Positions 48,763-57,219 of a stretch of 64,000 nt of DNA are shown here, one piece after another. The first letter of the stretch is position 1. Each line of letters begins with the position of its first letter. This DNA comes from Candidatus Saccharimonadales bacterium. Lineage in GTDB: Bacteria; Patescibacteriota; Saccharimonadia; Saccharimonadales; 2-12-FULL-41-12. Position numbers and translations under genes: made by a program. Location of the stretch: positions 2,363 through 66,362 of the forward strand of contig JAYRJB010000002.1 of the NCBI GenBank assembly GCA_041906505.1, written 5' to 3'. The notes beneath the pieces were generated by a model. The model worked only from the letters and a program-made list of their open reading frames with translations, ran no database searches and was not told the DNA's origin.

Positions 48763-50589
48763 CTATTCGACGGTGACGGACTTGGCGAGGTTTCGCGGCC
48801 GATCAACGTTCATACCTTTTTCTACAGCCACGTAGTATGCAAACAATTGCACCACAGTGGCAATAATAATTGGTTGTAACTGAGAAATTGCCGAAGGCAC
48901 AAACAGCACATCATCAGTGAGATGCTTGATTTGCCTATTGCCTTTGGTGGCAATGGCTAGAACTGGTCCTTTTCGAGCCCGAATCTCCTCAATATTTGAT
49001 ACGCTTTTGTCTAAAAATGGTCCGTCGCAGGCCAGGGCAACCGTTGCAAACTTTGGGTCGATCATGGCAAGGGGGCCGTGCTTCATCTCGCCGGATGCAT
49101 AGCCTTCGGCGTGAATATAACTTATCTCCTTGAGCTTTAAGGCTCCCTCGAGAGCGCACGGGAACAGATAACCCCGCCCAATAAACAGCATGTTTTTGTA
49201 GTGTGAATATTTTTTTGCCATCTTTTTTATATCTTTTGAGTCCTTTAACACTTCCCGAACAAGGTCTGGCAGTTCGACCATTCCCTGGATAATCGACCGA
49301 TAGGACTTGTAGTTGTCCTTGGCAAGGAGCAGCGCAAGCTCTGTAAGCACGGTTACTTGGGCCACGAACGCCTTGGTGCTGGCAACTGATTTTTCGGGGC
49401 CCGCGTGGCAGTACACCCCCGCGTCAGTAATTCGTGAAATTGTTGAGCCAACTACATTCACGATCCCCAACGTCAGTACGCCGTACTCCCGAACTTTCTC
49501 AAGCCCAGCGATGGTGTCTGCGGTTTCACCAGACTGGGATATTGCAATAATTGCGGTCGATCTTGAAAACGGTTCGTCCCGATACTTAAACTCACTCGCG
49601 AGCTGAACCTCTACGGGGATACCGGCAATTTCCTCGATCAAATATTCGCCAACCATGCCGGCATAGTAGGAGGTTCCACAGGCAATGATGACGATGCGGT
49701 CGATGTGTTCGAGCTGCGATTTTACCGCCTCGAGACCACCCAGTTTAATAGGGTTGATGGGTGAGCGGAGTCGTCCACTTATTGCAGACTCGATGGTTTG
49801 CGGAATGTCGTGGATCTCCTTGAGCATGTAATGAGGAAAGTCTTGCAGGGCATCGGCGTCTTCCTCGCGCTCGATCTCTGCAGCCAGGGGGGTGACGTCT
49901 GTTTTTTCTTGAACATTACGCACAGATAAACTGTCTTTGCCAACTTTTGCGATTTCATAGTCGCCCAAGAAAATGACTTTTTGAACATTATGATCAAGTG
50001 TTGTTTGATCCGAAGCAATATAGTGTTCGTTGGTGCCTGTTCCAATTACGAGCGGGCTTGAGAGGCGGGCTACATACACGTGCTCTGGGTCATAAGAAGT
50101 GGTGGCGGCGATGGCAAAAGCGCCGTCTAATTCCTTGATTGTCTCTTCGAAAGCCGTTTGAAAATCGTTCGTTTGCTTAAAATGGAAATCGAGCAAGTGG
50201 GGGATCACCTCTGTATCGGTTTGTGATTTGAATACATAGCCCTTGGACTGTAGGGTTTTTCGAATTGCGTGATGATTTTCGATAATGCCGTTATGCACGA
50301 CAAAAATGGTCTGATCGTGGTTGCTGTGGGGGTGCGCATTGGCTTCGCTTGGTTGACCGTGAGTAGCCCAGCGTGTATGTCCGATTCCACAGGAAAGGCG
50401 CGACATTTTTTGTAGTTTTTTCTCCAGTTGTTGGACCTCACCGGTCGCGCGTTTGTGTACAAATGCCCCTTGAGAGCCAACAAGCGCGACGCCCGCAGAA
50501 TCGTAGCCGCGATATTCGAGCTTCTTAAGATTATCAAGTAGAATTGTTTGCGCTGGTTTTTGGCCGATATAGCCGACGATGCCGCACAT
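48763..50589 (-). CDS. glmS: Glutamine--fructose-6-phosphate aminotransferase
   Basis: 608 aa. N-terminal nucleophile MCGIVGYIG, two SIS domains, and the C-terminus ...NLAKSVTVE. Confidence 0.95.
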   Translation of the reverse strand: MCGIVGYIGQKPAQTILLDNLKKLEYRGYDSAGVALVGSQGAFVHKRATGEVQQLEKKLQKMSRLSCGIGHTRWATHGQPSEANAHPHSNHDQTIFVVHNGIIENHHAIRKTLQSKGYVFKSQTDTEVIPHLLDFHFKQTNDFQTAFEETIKELDGAFAIAATTSYDPEHVYVARLSSPLVIGTGTNEHYIASDQTTLDHNVQKVIFLGDYEIAKVGKDSLSVRNVQEKTDVTPLAAEIEREEDADALQDFPHYMLKEIHDIPQTIESAISGRLRSPINPIKLGGLEAVKSQLEHIDRIVIIACGTSYYAGMVGEYLIEEIAGIPVEVQLASEFKYRDEPFSRSTAIIAISQSGETADTIAGLEKVREYGVLTLGIVNVVGSTISRITDAGVYCHAGPEKSVASTKAFVAQVTVLTELALLLAKDNYKSYRSIIQGMVELPDLVREVLKDSKDIKKMAKKYSHYKNMLFIGRGYLFPCALEGALKLKEISYIHAEGYASGEMKHGPLAMIDPKFATVALACDGPFLDKSVSNIEEIRARKGPVLAIATKGNRQIKHLTDDVLFVPSAISQLQPIIIATVVQLFAYYVAVEKGMNVDRPRNLAKSVTVE

Positions 50590-50622
50590 GAAAACCTTTC
50601 TTAAGTTTATCAGTGAGGACTA

Positions 50623-51762
50623 TTATAGTTTTTCTTGCAGATACGTGATTAGTTTTGAATCAAATTTCTCATTTGAAAACGTTTTGGCAATGTTTTTTAT
50701 ATCATCAGCCGAATATTTTTTTTGATCGAAGCGACGAAGTGCGTTAACAAGGCTATCGATAGCTTGGTTGTCAAAAAAGTCTCCAGATTTGCCTGGTATA
50801 ACATAGTCAAGCGCGCCACCTCCCTTATAGGCAAGCACTGGAGTTCCAGATGCCAGTGCTTCGACGGGCGCGATGCCAAAATCGTCCAGCCCAGGGAAAA
50901 TAAAACCTTTCGCCGAGCAGAGGGCGTGCGCGATATCTTCTCTTGACGCATCTTTTTTAAAAAATACCGTTGGCCCTGCGAGGGAACGAAGCGTTTTGTG
51001 TTGTGGTCCGTCGCCAATAACAAGTAGTGGAAGTTTTAGTTGTGTGCAGGCTTGGATCGCCAGGTCGATGCGCTTGTAGGCGGTTTGACGACCCACAACT
51101 ACGTAGCCATGTCGTGTACAATTTTCGTTTTTCTTATGCCATTTTGTGTTTTGCGACATAAAAAAATCAGTATCCACCGGGGGGTGAATCACCTCACTTT
51201 TGCGTTGATAGTACTTTAAAATTTCCGACTGGATATGAGAAGAGTTTGCGATCAAATACTGAGGTCGCTGAGCAGCCGCAAAATCCCATTTTCTTCGTTT
51301 TTTCACCAACATTTTTAGTCCAACACGCGCTAAGGGGTCGGCAAACCCAAAACCAGGAGTCGATAGATAATCTTGATACCGAGACCAATAATAGTGAGTC
51401 GGCGCATGGATGTATGAAAAGTGGACCGGCTTGGTAACTCGGACACCCTTAGCTTCTGCACCCGAGCTGCTGATCACGACATCAAACTCCTCTAAATTGA
51501 GTCTTTCAAACCACCGACCGCGCACACCTGGAATAAATTTACGGAGTTGCGGAAAGGGCCAGTACTGTAAGTAGCCGGTAATAACCTTGTTGTCGAGACG
51601 CTTGCGCCACTTAGGGGTGCAGTAGGAAGTGTAGATGGGGGCGTCTGGAAACAAGCGATGTAGTTCAAGGACAACGCGTTCTGCGCCACCACCAATAATC
51701 CAGTCAGCCACAATGGCCACCTTTAGATTATTGACGTTATTGCTGTTTCTTGGTATACTCAT
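50623..51762 (-). CDS. Glycosyltransferase family 4
   Basis: 379 aa. GT-B C-lobe motif DDFGIAPVEALASGTPVLAYKGGGALDYV. Confidence 0.75.
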   Translation of the reverse strand: MSIPRNSNNVNNLKVAIVADWIIGGGAERVVLELHRLFPDAPIYTSYCTPKWRKRLDNKVITGYLQYWPFPQLRKFIPGVRGRWFERLNLEEFDVVISSSGAEAKGVRVTKPVHFSYIHAPTHYYWSRYQDYLSTPGFGFADPLARVGLKMLVKKRRKWDFAAAQRPQYLIANSSHIQSEILKYYQRKSEVIHPPVDTDFFMSQNTKWHKKNENCTRHGYVVVGRQTAYKRIDLAIQACTQLKLPLLVIGDGPQHKTLRSLAGPTVFFKKDASREDIAHALCSAKGFIFPGLDDFGIAPVEALASGTPVLAYKGGGALDYVIPGKSGDFFDNQAIDSLVNALRRFDQKKYSADDIKNIAKTFSNEKFDSKLITYLQEKL

Positions 51763-51792
51763 ATTCGGATCACCATGGCCAAGCTAAGTCGC

Positions 51793-52311
51793 CTAAGGTT
51801 TCGACCGACCGCGGATCTTGGTCTTTTTTAATGTTAAATTTTCTTTTAGTAAATCAACACGAACAATGTGATTATTGTACTCTCTGAGTAAACCCGAGTA
51901 GTGCTTGTTGGGTGTCATAAGTTTGAGTAACTTACCTTTTTCAAGAAGATATTCGACCAAACAACGGAAATCACCATCTCCGCTTACAATGATGGCTTTG
52001 TGATAGTTTGGATACTCGATAGCGGCGGCATGAAGGACTAGTTCGGCATCGACATTGCCCTTTACCGTTGTTTTTCCGTCTACCAAATACTCGGTTGTGG
52101 GCTTGAATACGATAATGTAGCCGGCTTTTTGTAGGCTGGTATATAGCCTCTGGTTCGTATCAACCATACCGATGAATATAAATGCTTTATCAACCCGGTA
52201 TTTATTATTGAGATATAATCGAAACCTCTTATAATCCACTCGCCAACCCAAAGACCTTACTCCGAGATTGAGATTTTGGCTGTCGATAAATGCATAATTT
52301 TTCTTGGACAT
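51793..52311 (-). CDS. NYN/LabA-like domain protein
   Basis: 172 aa. YAFIDSQNLNLG and IIVSGDGDF (acidic NYN/PIN-like catalytic pattern). Confidence 0.7.
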   Translation of the reverse strand: MSKKNYAFIDSQNLNLGVRSLGWRVDYKRFRLYLNNKYRVDKAFIFIGMVDTNQRLYTSLQKAGYIIVFKPTTEYLVDGKTTVKGNVDAELVLHAAAIEYPNYHKAIIVSGDGDFRCLVEYLLEKGKLLKLMTPNKHYSGLLREYNNHIVRVDLLKENLTLKKTKIRGRSKP

Positions 52312-53736
52312 TTATTTGGCTCCCGAGCCACCAAAGACAGCCCTCAGAGTTTTGAGCAGAATGATTACATCGAGCCAAAATGTCCAATTTTGAACATAGA
52401 AAGTGTCCAGTTTTCGCCGTTGTTCGAAACTGAGATCTCGTCGTCCCGAGACTTGTGCCAGGCCAGTGACGCCGGATTTCACACTCAGAATATGTTGTTT
52501 GTGACGATAATTTTCGAGCTCTTGTGGCACCAAGGCCCGTGGCCCGACAAGGCTGATATCGCCTTTAAGAACGTTAAACAACTGAGGTAATTCATCAAGG
52601 CTCGTTGATCGTAGTAGCCGCCCGAACGTCCCGTAACGTGGATCATTTTTTAAGTAATCACCGTTTTCTCGATATTTCTTGCTGAGTTCTGGCTTACCCA
52701 TTTTAGCGAAGGCTTCCTCGGGAGTGAGGCCGTTATATTTTGTTTTGGAAGTCCGAAATTTGTACGTGTCAAAAGGCTTATCAAACTGAGTTAAGCGTGT
52801 CTGTCGAAAGAAAATAGCCCCCGTAGGTTCAAAGATTTTTTGCAATATACAAAGCACGATAAACACCGGTGAGAGCAAAATGATGAGCAACAGCGAGAGC
52901 ACAAGATCAAATATGCGTTTGACGATTCGCCCCCAGCCCACCAGTGCGGTCTGATGCACGGTGACCAGTGGTGTACCGCGAAACAGCTCGACTTCAATAT
53001 TGCCAACAAACAGTGCATCGTTGCCCGGGATAAATCTATACGAAATATGATGTCCCTGGGCATATTCCATAATGACGTCATTTTTGTCTGCACTATGGTA
53101 CAGCTCGGTTTGTATGACACTATGAATCGGAATTTTCTCGAGTGCTTTCGTAGCCGTGTCGAAATCTTCGAACACACGGAAATTTTTGTACGGCTTGCCA
53201 ACTAGTCCGACTATTTTGTGCCCAGAATGACGAGTGTCTTCGAGCTCTTCGATAATTGTTGATCGTGCGGTACCGTCACCGATGATGAGGACATTGTTGA
53301 TGCCAACACCGTAGGAAAACAGCTCTGAACGGGTGGCTCGGGCAAGCCATCGAAAGAGCACCAAGAAGCTAAAACCGAGCAAAAATCCATATACTGCAAC
53401 CAAGCGTGCCGGGAAGAGGTTATCAGGGCTCACAAAGTCATAGCCGATTACAAATAGCATTCCCAGAACCGAGCCTATTGCCAGTTTGCCGAGCTCTGCA
53501 AACCGGTTATCATACGTTTCTCGCCGGTATAATCCTAGAAAAGCAAGAACGATGATCCACAAAGGCAGCACGGTCAAAAACGCCTGTATGTATGTTTCTG
53601 CCGGAATTTGCTGGAGTAGTGGACGATCATCGAGCTTAACGCGCAGCACATAGGCAACGGTAAATGCAGCGATGAGTGCGATAAAATCACCAACAACTAA
53701 GATGACGCTATATATGACGGATGAATTGTTCTTCAT
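52312..53736 (-). CDS. Polyprenyl-phosphate hexose-1-phosphate transferase (WbaP/CpsE-type initiating sugar transferase)
   Basis: 474 aa. An N-terminal TM bundle is followed by the C-terminal catalytic domain KRIFDLVLSLLLIILLSPVF...DELPQLFNVLKGDISLVGPRA. Confidence 0.88.
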   Translation of the reverse strand: MKNNSSVIYSVILVVGDFIALIAAFTVAYVLRVKLDDRPLLQQIPAETYIQAFLTVLPLWIIVLAFLGLYRRETYDNRFAELGKLAIGSVLGMLFVIGYDFVSPDNLFPARLVAVYGFLLGFSFLVLFRWLARATRSELFSYGVGINNVLIIGDGTARSTIIEELEDTRHSGHKIVGLVGKPYKNFRVFEDFDTATKALEKIPIHSVIQTELYHSADKNDVIMEYAQGHHISYRFIPGNDALFVGNIEVELFRGTPLVTVHQTALVGWGRIVKRIFDLVLSLLLIILLSPVFIVLCILQKIFEPTGAIFFRQTRLTQFDKPFDTYKFRTSKTKYNGLTPEEAFAKMGKPELSKKYRENGDYLKNDPRYGTFGRLLRSTSLDELPQLFNVLKGDISLVGPRALVPQELENYRHKQHILSVKSGVTGLAQVSGRRDLSFEQRRKLDTFYVQNWTFWLDVIILLKTLRAVFGGSGAK

Positions 53737-53823
53737 AGGTTGTCTGTAACAGATTATAACACCGTATCTTTCTGGTATTTGCTATACTACAATCTAAAGA
53801 GAACAAAATATAAACAACAACCC

Positions 53824-54306
53824 ATGAAAAAAAGAAATAAAAAAGAACTACTGCGCATTACCGAGTATATGATAAGCGGCGGTGCCTATTTCTGGTCGGG
53901 ATATGCGACTTTCTTCTTTATTGATAAAGTGCTTGGTTTAAGCTTCTTTTGGGCAAAATCCGTTTCCACGCTCACCGGCTGGACGGTGAATTATCTGCTG
54001 CAACGTTATTGGGTGTTCAAAAACCCCAAACTTAAGAAACACCAAACAGAGGTAACTACCCGGTATGTAATTATTACCTTGGTTGATTTTGTGCTGGATT
54101 ACCTCATTGTGTTTGGATTAAAATCAATCGGAATTACCCCATATATTGGACAATTTGCGTCGGCAGCGTTCTTTACCGGCTGGAATTATTTTTGGTATAA
54201 GTTCTGGGTGTTTCCAGACAAGTTTAAGGTTGCAAAAAAAGCCAAGCAAACACCGGCGAGGGTCATTGCGCATCGAGCACACGGACACAGTGCCTACAGA
54301 AAGTAA
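53824..54306 (+). CDS. GtrA-family membrane protein
   Basis: Start placed at ATG 53824 (MKKRNKKELLRITEYMISGGAYFW). 4 TM segments. YLLQRYWVF is the GtrA motif. Confidence 0.7.
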   Translation: MKKRNKKELLRITEYMISGGAYFWSGYATFFFIDKVLGLSFFWAKSVSTLTGWTVNYLLQRYWVFKNPKLKKHQTEVTTRYVIITLVDFVLDYLIVFGLKSIGITPYIGQFASAAFFTGWNYFWYKFWVFPDKFKVAKKAKQTPARVIAHRAHGHSAYRK

Positions 54307-54327
54307 TAAACCAATTTGTTTTTAGAT

Positions 54328-54783
54328 ATGGACGCAAAACAAACCAGGCCAACAAAAAAGCAATATGAGCTACTACTATTTATTGAAAAGTTTGTAAGCC
54401 AACATGGCTACGGACCAAGCTATCGGGAAATTATGAAAGGTTGTGGCTACAATTCGGTGGCAACTGTTGCGCTGCACGTGAACAACCTTATTTCTAGAGG
54501 TCATTTACAGAAAAAAGGCCGCCTCGCTCGGTCGCTTGAAGTCGTAAAACTATCCGCCACAACTACCAAGGTTCAAACCAACATTATCAATCCGTCGGAA
54601 GAGAAGTGGCTGATTGAAAAAATAGACTACCAGTTTCAGCAGCTTGAGGGTTCGAATACACGTACTCAAGATGATGTTGATAAGCTGTATGTATTGGTGG
54701 GTGCGCTGAGGGTGTTAGGGTTGGACGGTGCCGCACAGTCATTCCTAGCCCGCCTCCAGACGCTAAAAAAAGACGTATACTAA
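54328..54783 (+). CDS. LexA-type winged-helix DNA-binding domain protein lacking the S24 peptidase domain
   Basis: TKKQYELLLFIEKFVSQHGYGPSYREIMKGCGYNSVATVALHVNNLISRGHLQKKG matches the LexA N-terminal DBD. The remaining ~80 aa have no Ala-Gly cleavage site or Ser/Lys dyad. Confidence 0.65.
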   Translation: MDAKQTRPTKKQYELLLFIEKFVSQHGYGPSYREIMKGCGYNSVATVALHVNNLISRGHLQKKGRLARSLEVVKLSATTTKVQTNIINPSEEKWLIEKIDYQFQQLEGSNTRTQDDVDKLYVLVGALRVLGLDGAAQSFLARLQTLKKDVY

Positions 54784-54787
54784 GACG

Positions 54788-55597
54788 ATGGATATATTGC
54801 AAGCAATTGCGCTCGGGGTGCTTGAGGGCTTCACTGAGTTTCTGCCAATCTCTAGTACAGGTCATCTTATTGTTGCCCAAGACCTTATTGGCTTCCGTGA
54901 TAGCGCTAAAATATTTACTGTCGTAATTCAGCTGGGCGCTATATTGGCAATTGTATGGAATTATCGAAGAGATCTTATCGCCAAAGTTACAGGATTGTTC
55001 CAAGGTGATAAAAAAACCATCAATTTCTGGATAGTATGGATGTTGGCGACTATTCCTGGCGGTGCTGTCGGGTTTTTGCTAAAAGACAAAGTCAGCGTGT
55101 ACGCGGTGAGCTTAACCGTGGCGATTGCGTTGGTTGTTGGCGGCATAATTATTTGGTTGATAGAGACATATCATAAAGCAACACCAAACAAAACCGGCAA
55201 GGCTCATCTTGATAGAATCACGAAAAAACAAGCCTTCGCCGTTGGCTGCTATCAAGCGCTTGCTCTTATTCCTGGCGTTTCTAGGTCTGGCTCTACCATA
55301 ATGGGTGGGTTACTTTCTGGTTTTGACCGCGTGACCGCGGCGGCCTTCTCGTTTTATATCAGCATACCCATCTTAATTCTTGCTGGCCTATATCAGCTGC
55401 TGGGCAATGAGAATGATTTTTCAACTGTCCAGGGCGGGGGTTGGGCAATTATTGTGGGGACTCTTGCCGCTTTCGTTACCGCGCTTTTGACGATTCGCTG
55501 GCTGCTTGCATATGTGTCGCGTCATAGTTTCAAGATATTTGCCTACTATCGCATAGCTCTCGGTATCATCATCTTGGCTGTTCTGTCGTTTAGCTAA
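54788..55597 (+). CDS. uppP: Undecaprenyl-diphosphate phosphatase
   Basis: 269 aa. EGFTEFLPISSTGHL and PGVSRSGSTI are the BacA/UppP signature motifs. Confidence 0.92.
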   Translation: MDILQAIALGVLEGFTEFLPISSTGHLIVAQDLIGFRDSAKIFTVVIQLGAILAIVWNYRRDLIAKVTGLFQGDKKTINFWIVWMLATIPGGAVGFLLKDKVSVYAVSLTVAIALVVGGIIIWLIETYHKATPNKTGKAHLDRITKKQAFAVGCYQALALIPGVSRSGSTIMGGLLSGFDRVTAAAFSFYISIPILILAGLYQLLGNENDFSTVQGGGWAIIVGTLAAFVTALLTIRWLLAYVSRHSFKIFAYYRIALGIIILAVLSFS

Positions 55598-55758
55598 ATC
55601 TATAAAATTTGAATAAACGGTAGCAAATAGCTGACGATCGTCACAAAAGTGCTACGGTTTTGGGCAATGGTGGCGATGCCCGAAGGGGGCGCTAGGGATG
55701 GTGTAGATTTTACGGCTTACACCCCACAGCTAGCGTGATATAGTGAAAACAAATTAAA

Positions 55759-55860
55759 AATTTGGTCAACAAGCTGGAATCCTGTGCAATTCAGGAACTG
55801 TGCCGCAACGGTGATCGCAAAATACGCGAAAAGTCCGATACAGCAAACAAGAGACAAATT
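55759..55860 (+). promoter_or_regulatory. Candidate cobalamin riboswitch aptamer (compact, class-II-like)
   Basis: GGAAUCCUGUGCAAUUCAGGAACUGUGCCGCAACGGUGA (55776-55814) matches the conserved Cbl core. A B12-box-like AAGUCCGAUACAGC lies at 55831-55844. Helices can be drawn by eye (see finding). No covariance-model search was run. Confidence 0.5.
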
Positions 55861-55890
55861 CCCGAGCAGGAAGTCGATCAATCATCCGAC

Positions 55891-55922
55891 AAAACACCTG
55901 CTCGCAAAGAAGCAGGTGTTTT
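55891..55922 (+). terminator. Intrinsic terminator / RBS-sequestering hairpin of the leader
   Basis: AAAACACCUGCU (55891-55902) pairs perfectly with AGCAGGUGUUUU (55911-55922) around an 8-nt loop. A U-run follows. SD-like AGGUG sits in the 3' arm, 5 nt before ATG 55924. Confidence 0.65.
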
Positions 55923-55923
55923 A

Positions 55924-57219
55924 ATGGAAACCCTAGAACATACTCAAGAGACTAGAACAAACAAGGAAATATTTGATCCCTGTGCCGCTGTTCGAATGGC
56001 ACGCGAGGACATTGAGGCATATGGGGATGTACAAGCAGGAACTTGGCAGCAGATCTACAACGAGGAGCTTACCTACATTGCCGAAAGTCTCGATGCTCCG
56101 CACAAAACTGTCATCAACTACAGCTATCAACCTGGCATTGGGCTTCGCGACGAGCGCAACGTAGCCTTTGCAAAGATGCTTCAAAATGGCAGAGAAGCTG
56201 CCGAAGAACGGTTTCATCAAGACCCACGCGCAGAGTTTCATCTCGTGCGAACACACCATCATCAACAAGAGGGCTTTGCGCTTGAGGCCATGATGGAAGG
56301 TCGCGCAGGTTTTAATACGTTGATCAGTTTTTCGCCGTTTCCAGAAGAAGCCTACTTAGAGCACGGTGCTGAATTTGTAAAGGATATCGGCTATAATCCA
56401 GATCGAAAAATCGGCTTTATCTATGTATTTACGAAACAGAGCGAAACCCAGATGCAGTGTACTGCCGCAACCGTTGACAACAGCGACCTTGAAGTTTTTA
56501 GGAATGTTGCCGCGACCTTAGGAAAAGAAGTTTCAAACACCCAAAATAGTGATGATTTTCTTGGAGAACGCATTACCCTAGAGCTTGATGCAGTGGCGCA
56601 AGCAAGACTGGTGGACCAAATTGTTGACTCGTATGATGCCCATATGGGCTTGTGTTACGAAGGGCAAGGCGTATTCCGAAACGGCAGAAATAAAAACTTC
56701 CAAGAAGTTGATGGTTGGGATTTTGCCACCGCGCAACATGATCTTATTGAATATTATCTCCGTGAAATCGAGACGCTTGCCAAAAGTAATTGGGACGAGC
56801 AGAGCATTCTCCAAGCCAAGAAAATTCTCACCGTCAGCGTATGGACCGAGATGAGTGATCGATTACACAATGTGCAAAGAAAAGACGTTCAGCTTTCGGA
56901 CATTGCTGAGTATTCCTCGAATGCCCACCTATCTATTGATAATCAGATTAATCTGGCGTTTCACCGAGCGCTTGGCAGAAGGGCTGGCATGGTTGGTTGT
57001 GGAGGCAGCATTAGTCTTGATGTTACGGCAATTACCACCAAAGATGACCTCGAAACCCTTACGGATATTGGATTTGGTCCCGACAAAACAAAACTCATTT
57101 GGAAAAAGGGTAAGTGCCGAGTGCCAGACTGCAAGAATAAAGAAGAATTAACTGAAGTCGCGCAGTGTAATGTCTGTAGGAGTTGCCAGGCGGAGTTTGA
57201 TAAAGGTATTCGTAAGTAG
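55924..57219 (+). CDS. Hypothetical protein (431 aa) with a C-terminal Cys4 zinc-ribbon-like motif
   Basis: The ORF is open from TTG 55762, but ATG 55924 has an SD-like AGGUG and lies downstream of the leader structures. The C-terminus reads CRVPDC...CNVCRSC. I recognise no family. Confidence 0.6.
   Translation: METLEHTQETRTNKEIFDPCAAVRMAREDIEAYGDVQAGTWQQIYNEELTYIAESLDAPHKTVINYSYQPGIGLRDERNVAFAKMLQNGREAAEERFHQDPRAEFHLVRTHHHQQEGFALEAMMEGRAGFNTLISFSPFPEEAYLEHGAEFVKDIGYNPDRKIGFIYVFTKQSETQMQCTAATVDNSDLEVFRNVAATLGKEVSNTQNSDDFLGERITLELDAVAQARLVDQIVDSYDAHMGLCYEGQGVFRNGRNKNFQEVDGWDFATAQHDLIEYYLREIETLAKSNWDEQSILQAKKILTVSVWTEMSDRLHNVQRKDVQLSDIAEYSSNAHLSIDNQINLAFHRALGRRAGMVGCGGSISLDVTAITTKDDLETLTDIGFGPDKTKLIWKKGKCRVPDCKNKEELTEVAQCNVCRSCQAEFDKGIRK

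Noticed and set aside
55820-55850. GAAAAGUCCGAUACAGC resembles the RNase P RNA CR-I motif (GAGGAAAGUCCGGGC)
   Set aside because: The other universally conserved RNase P RNA blocks are absent from the 326-nt gap, for example AGGGUGAAA..GGUGCGGUAAGAGCGCACC and ACAGAA.CCGGCUUA. The cobalamin-riboswitch interpretation explains more of the sequence.
55762-55923. TTG-initiated N-terminal 54 aa of the 485-aa ORF in the track
   Set aside because: This stretch coincides with the riboswitch-like core and the terminator hairpin. The ATG at 55924 has an SD-like AGGUG at correct spacing. A rare TTG start with no SD is less likely. This remains a judgement call.
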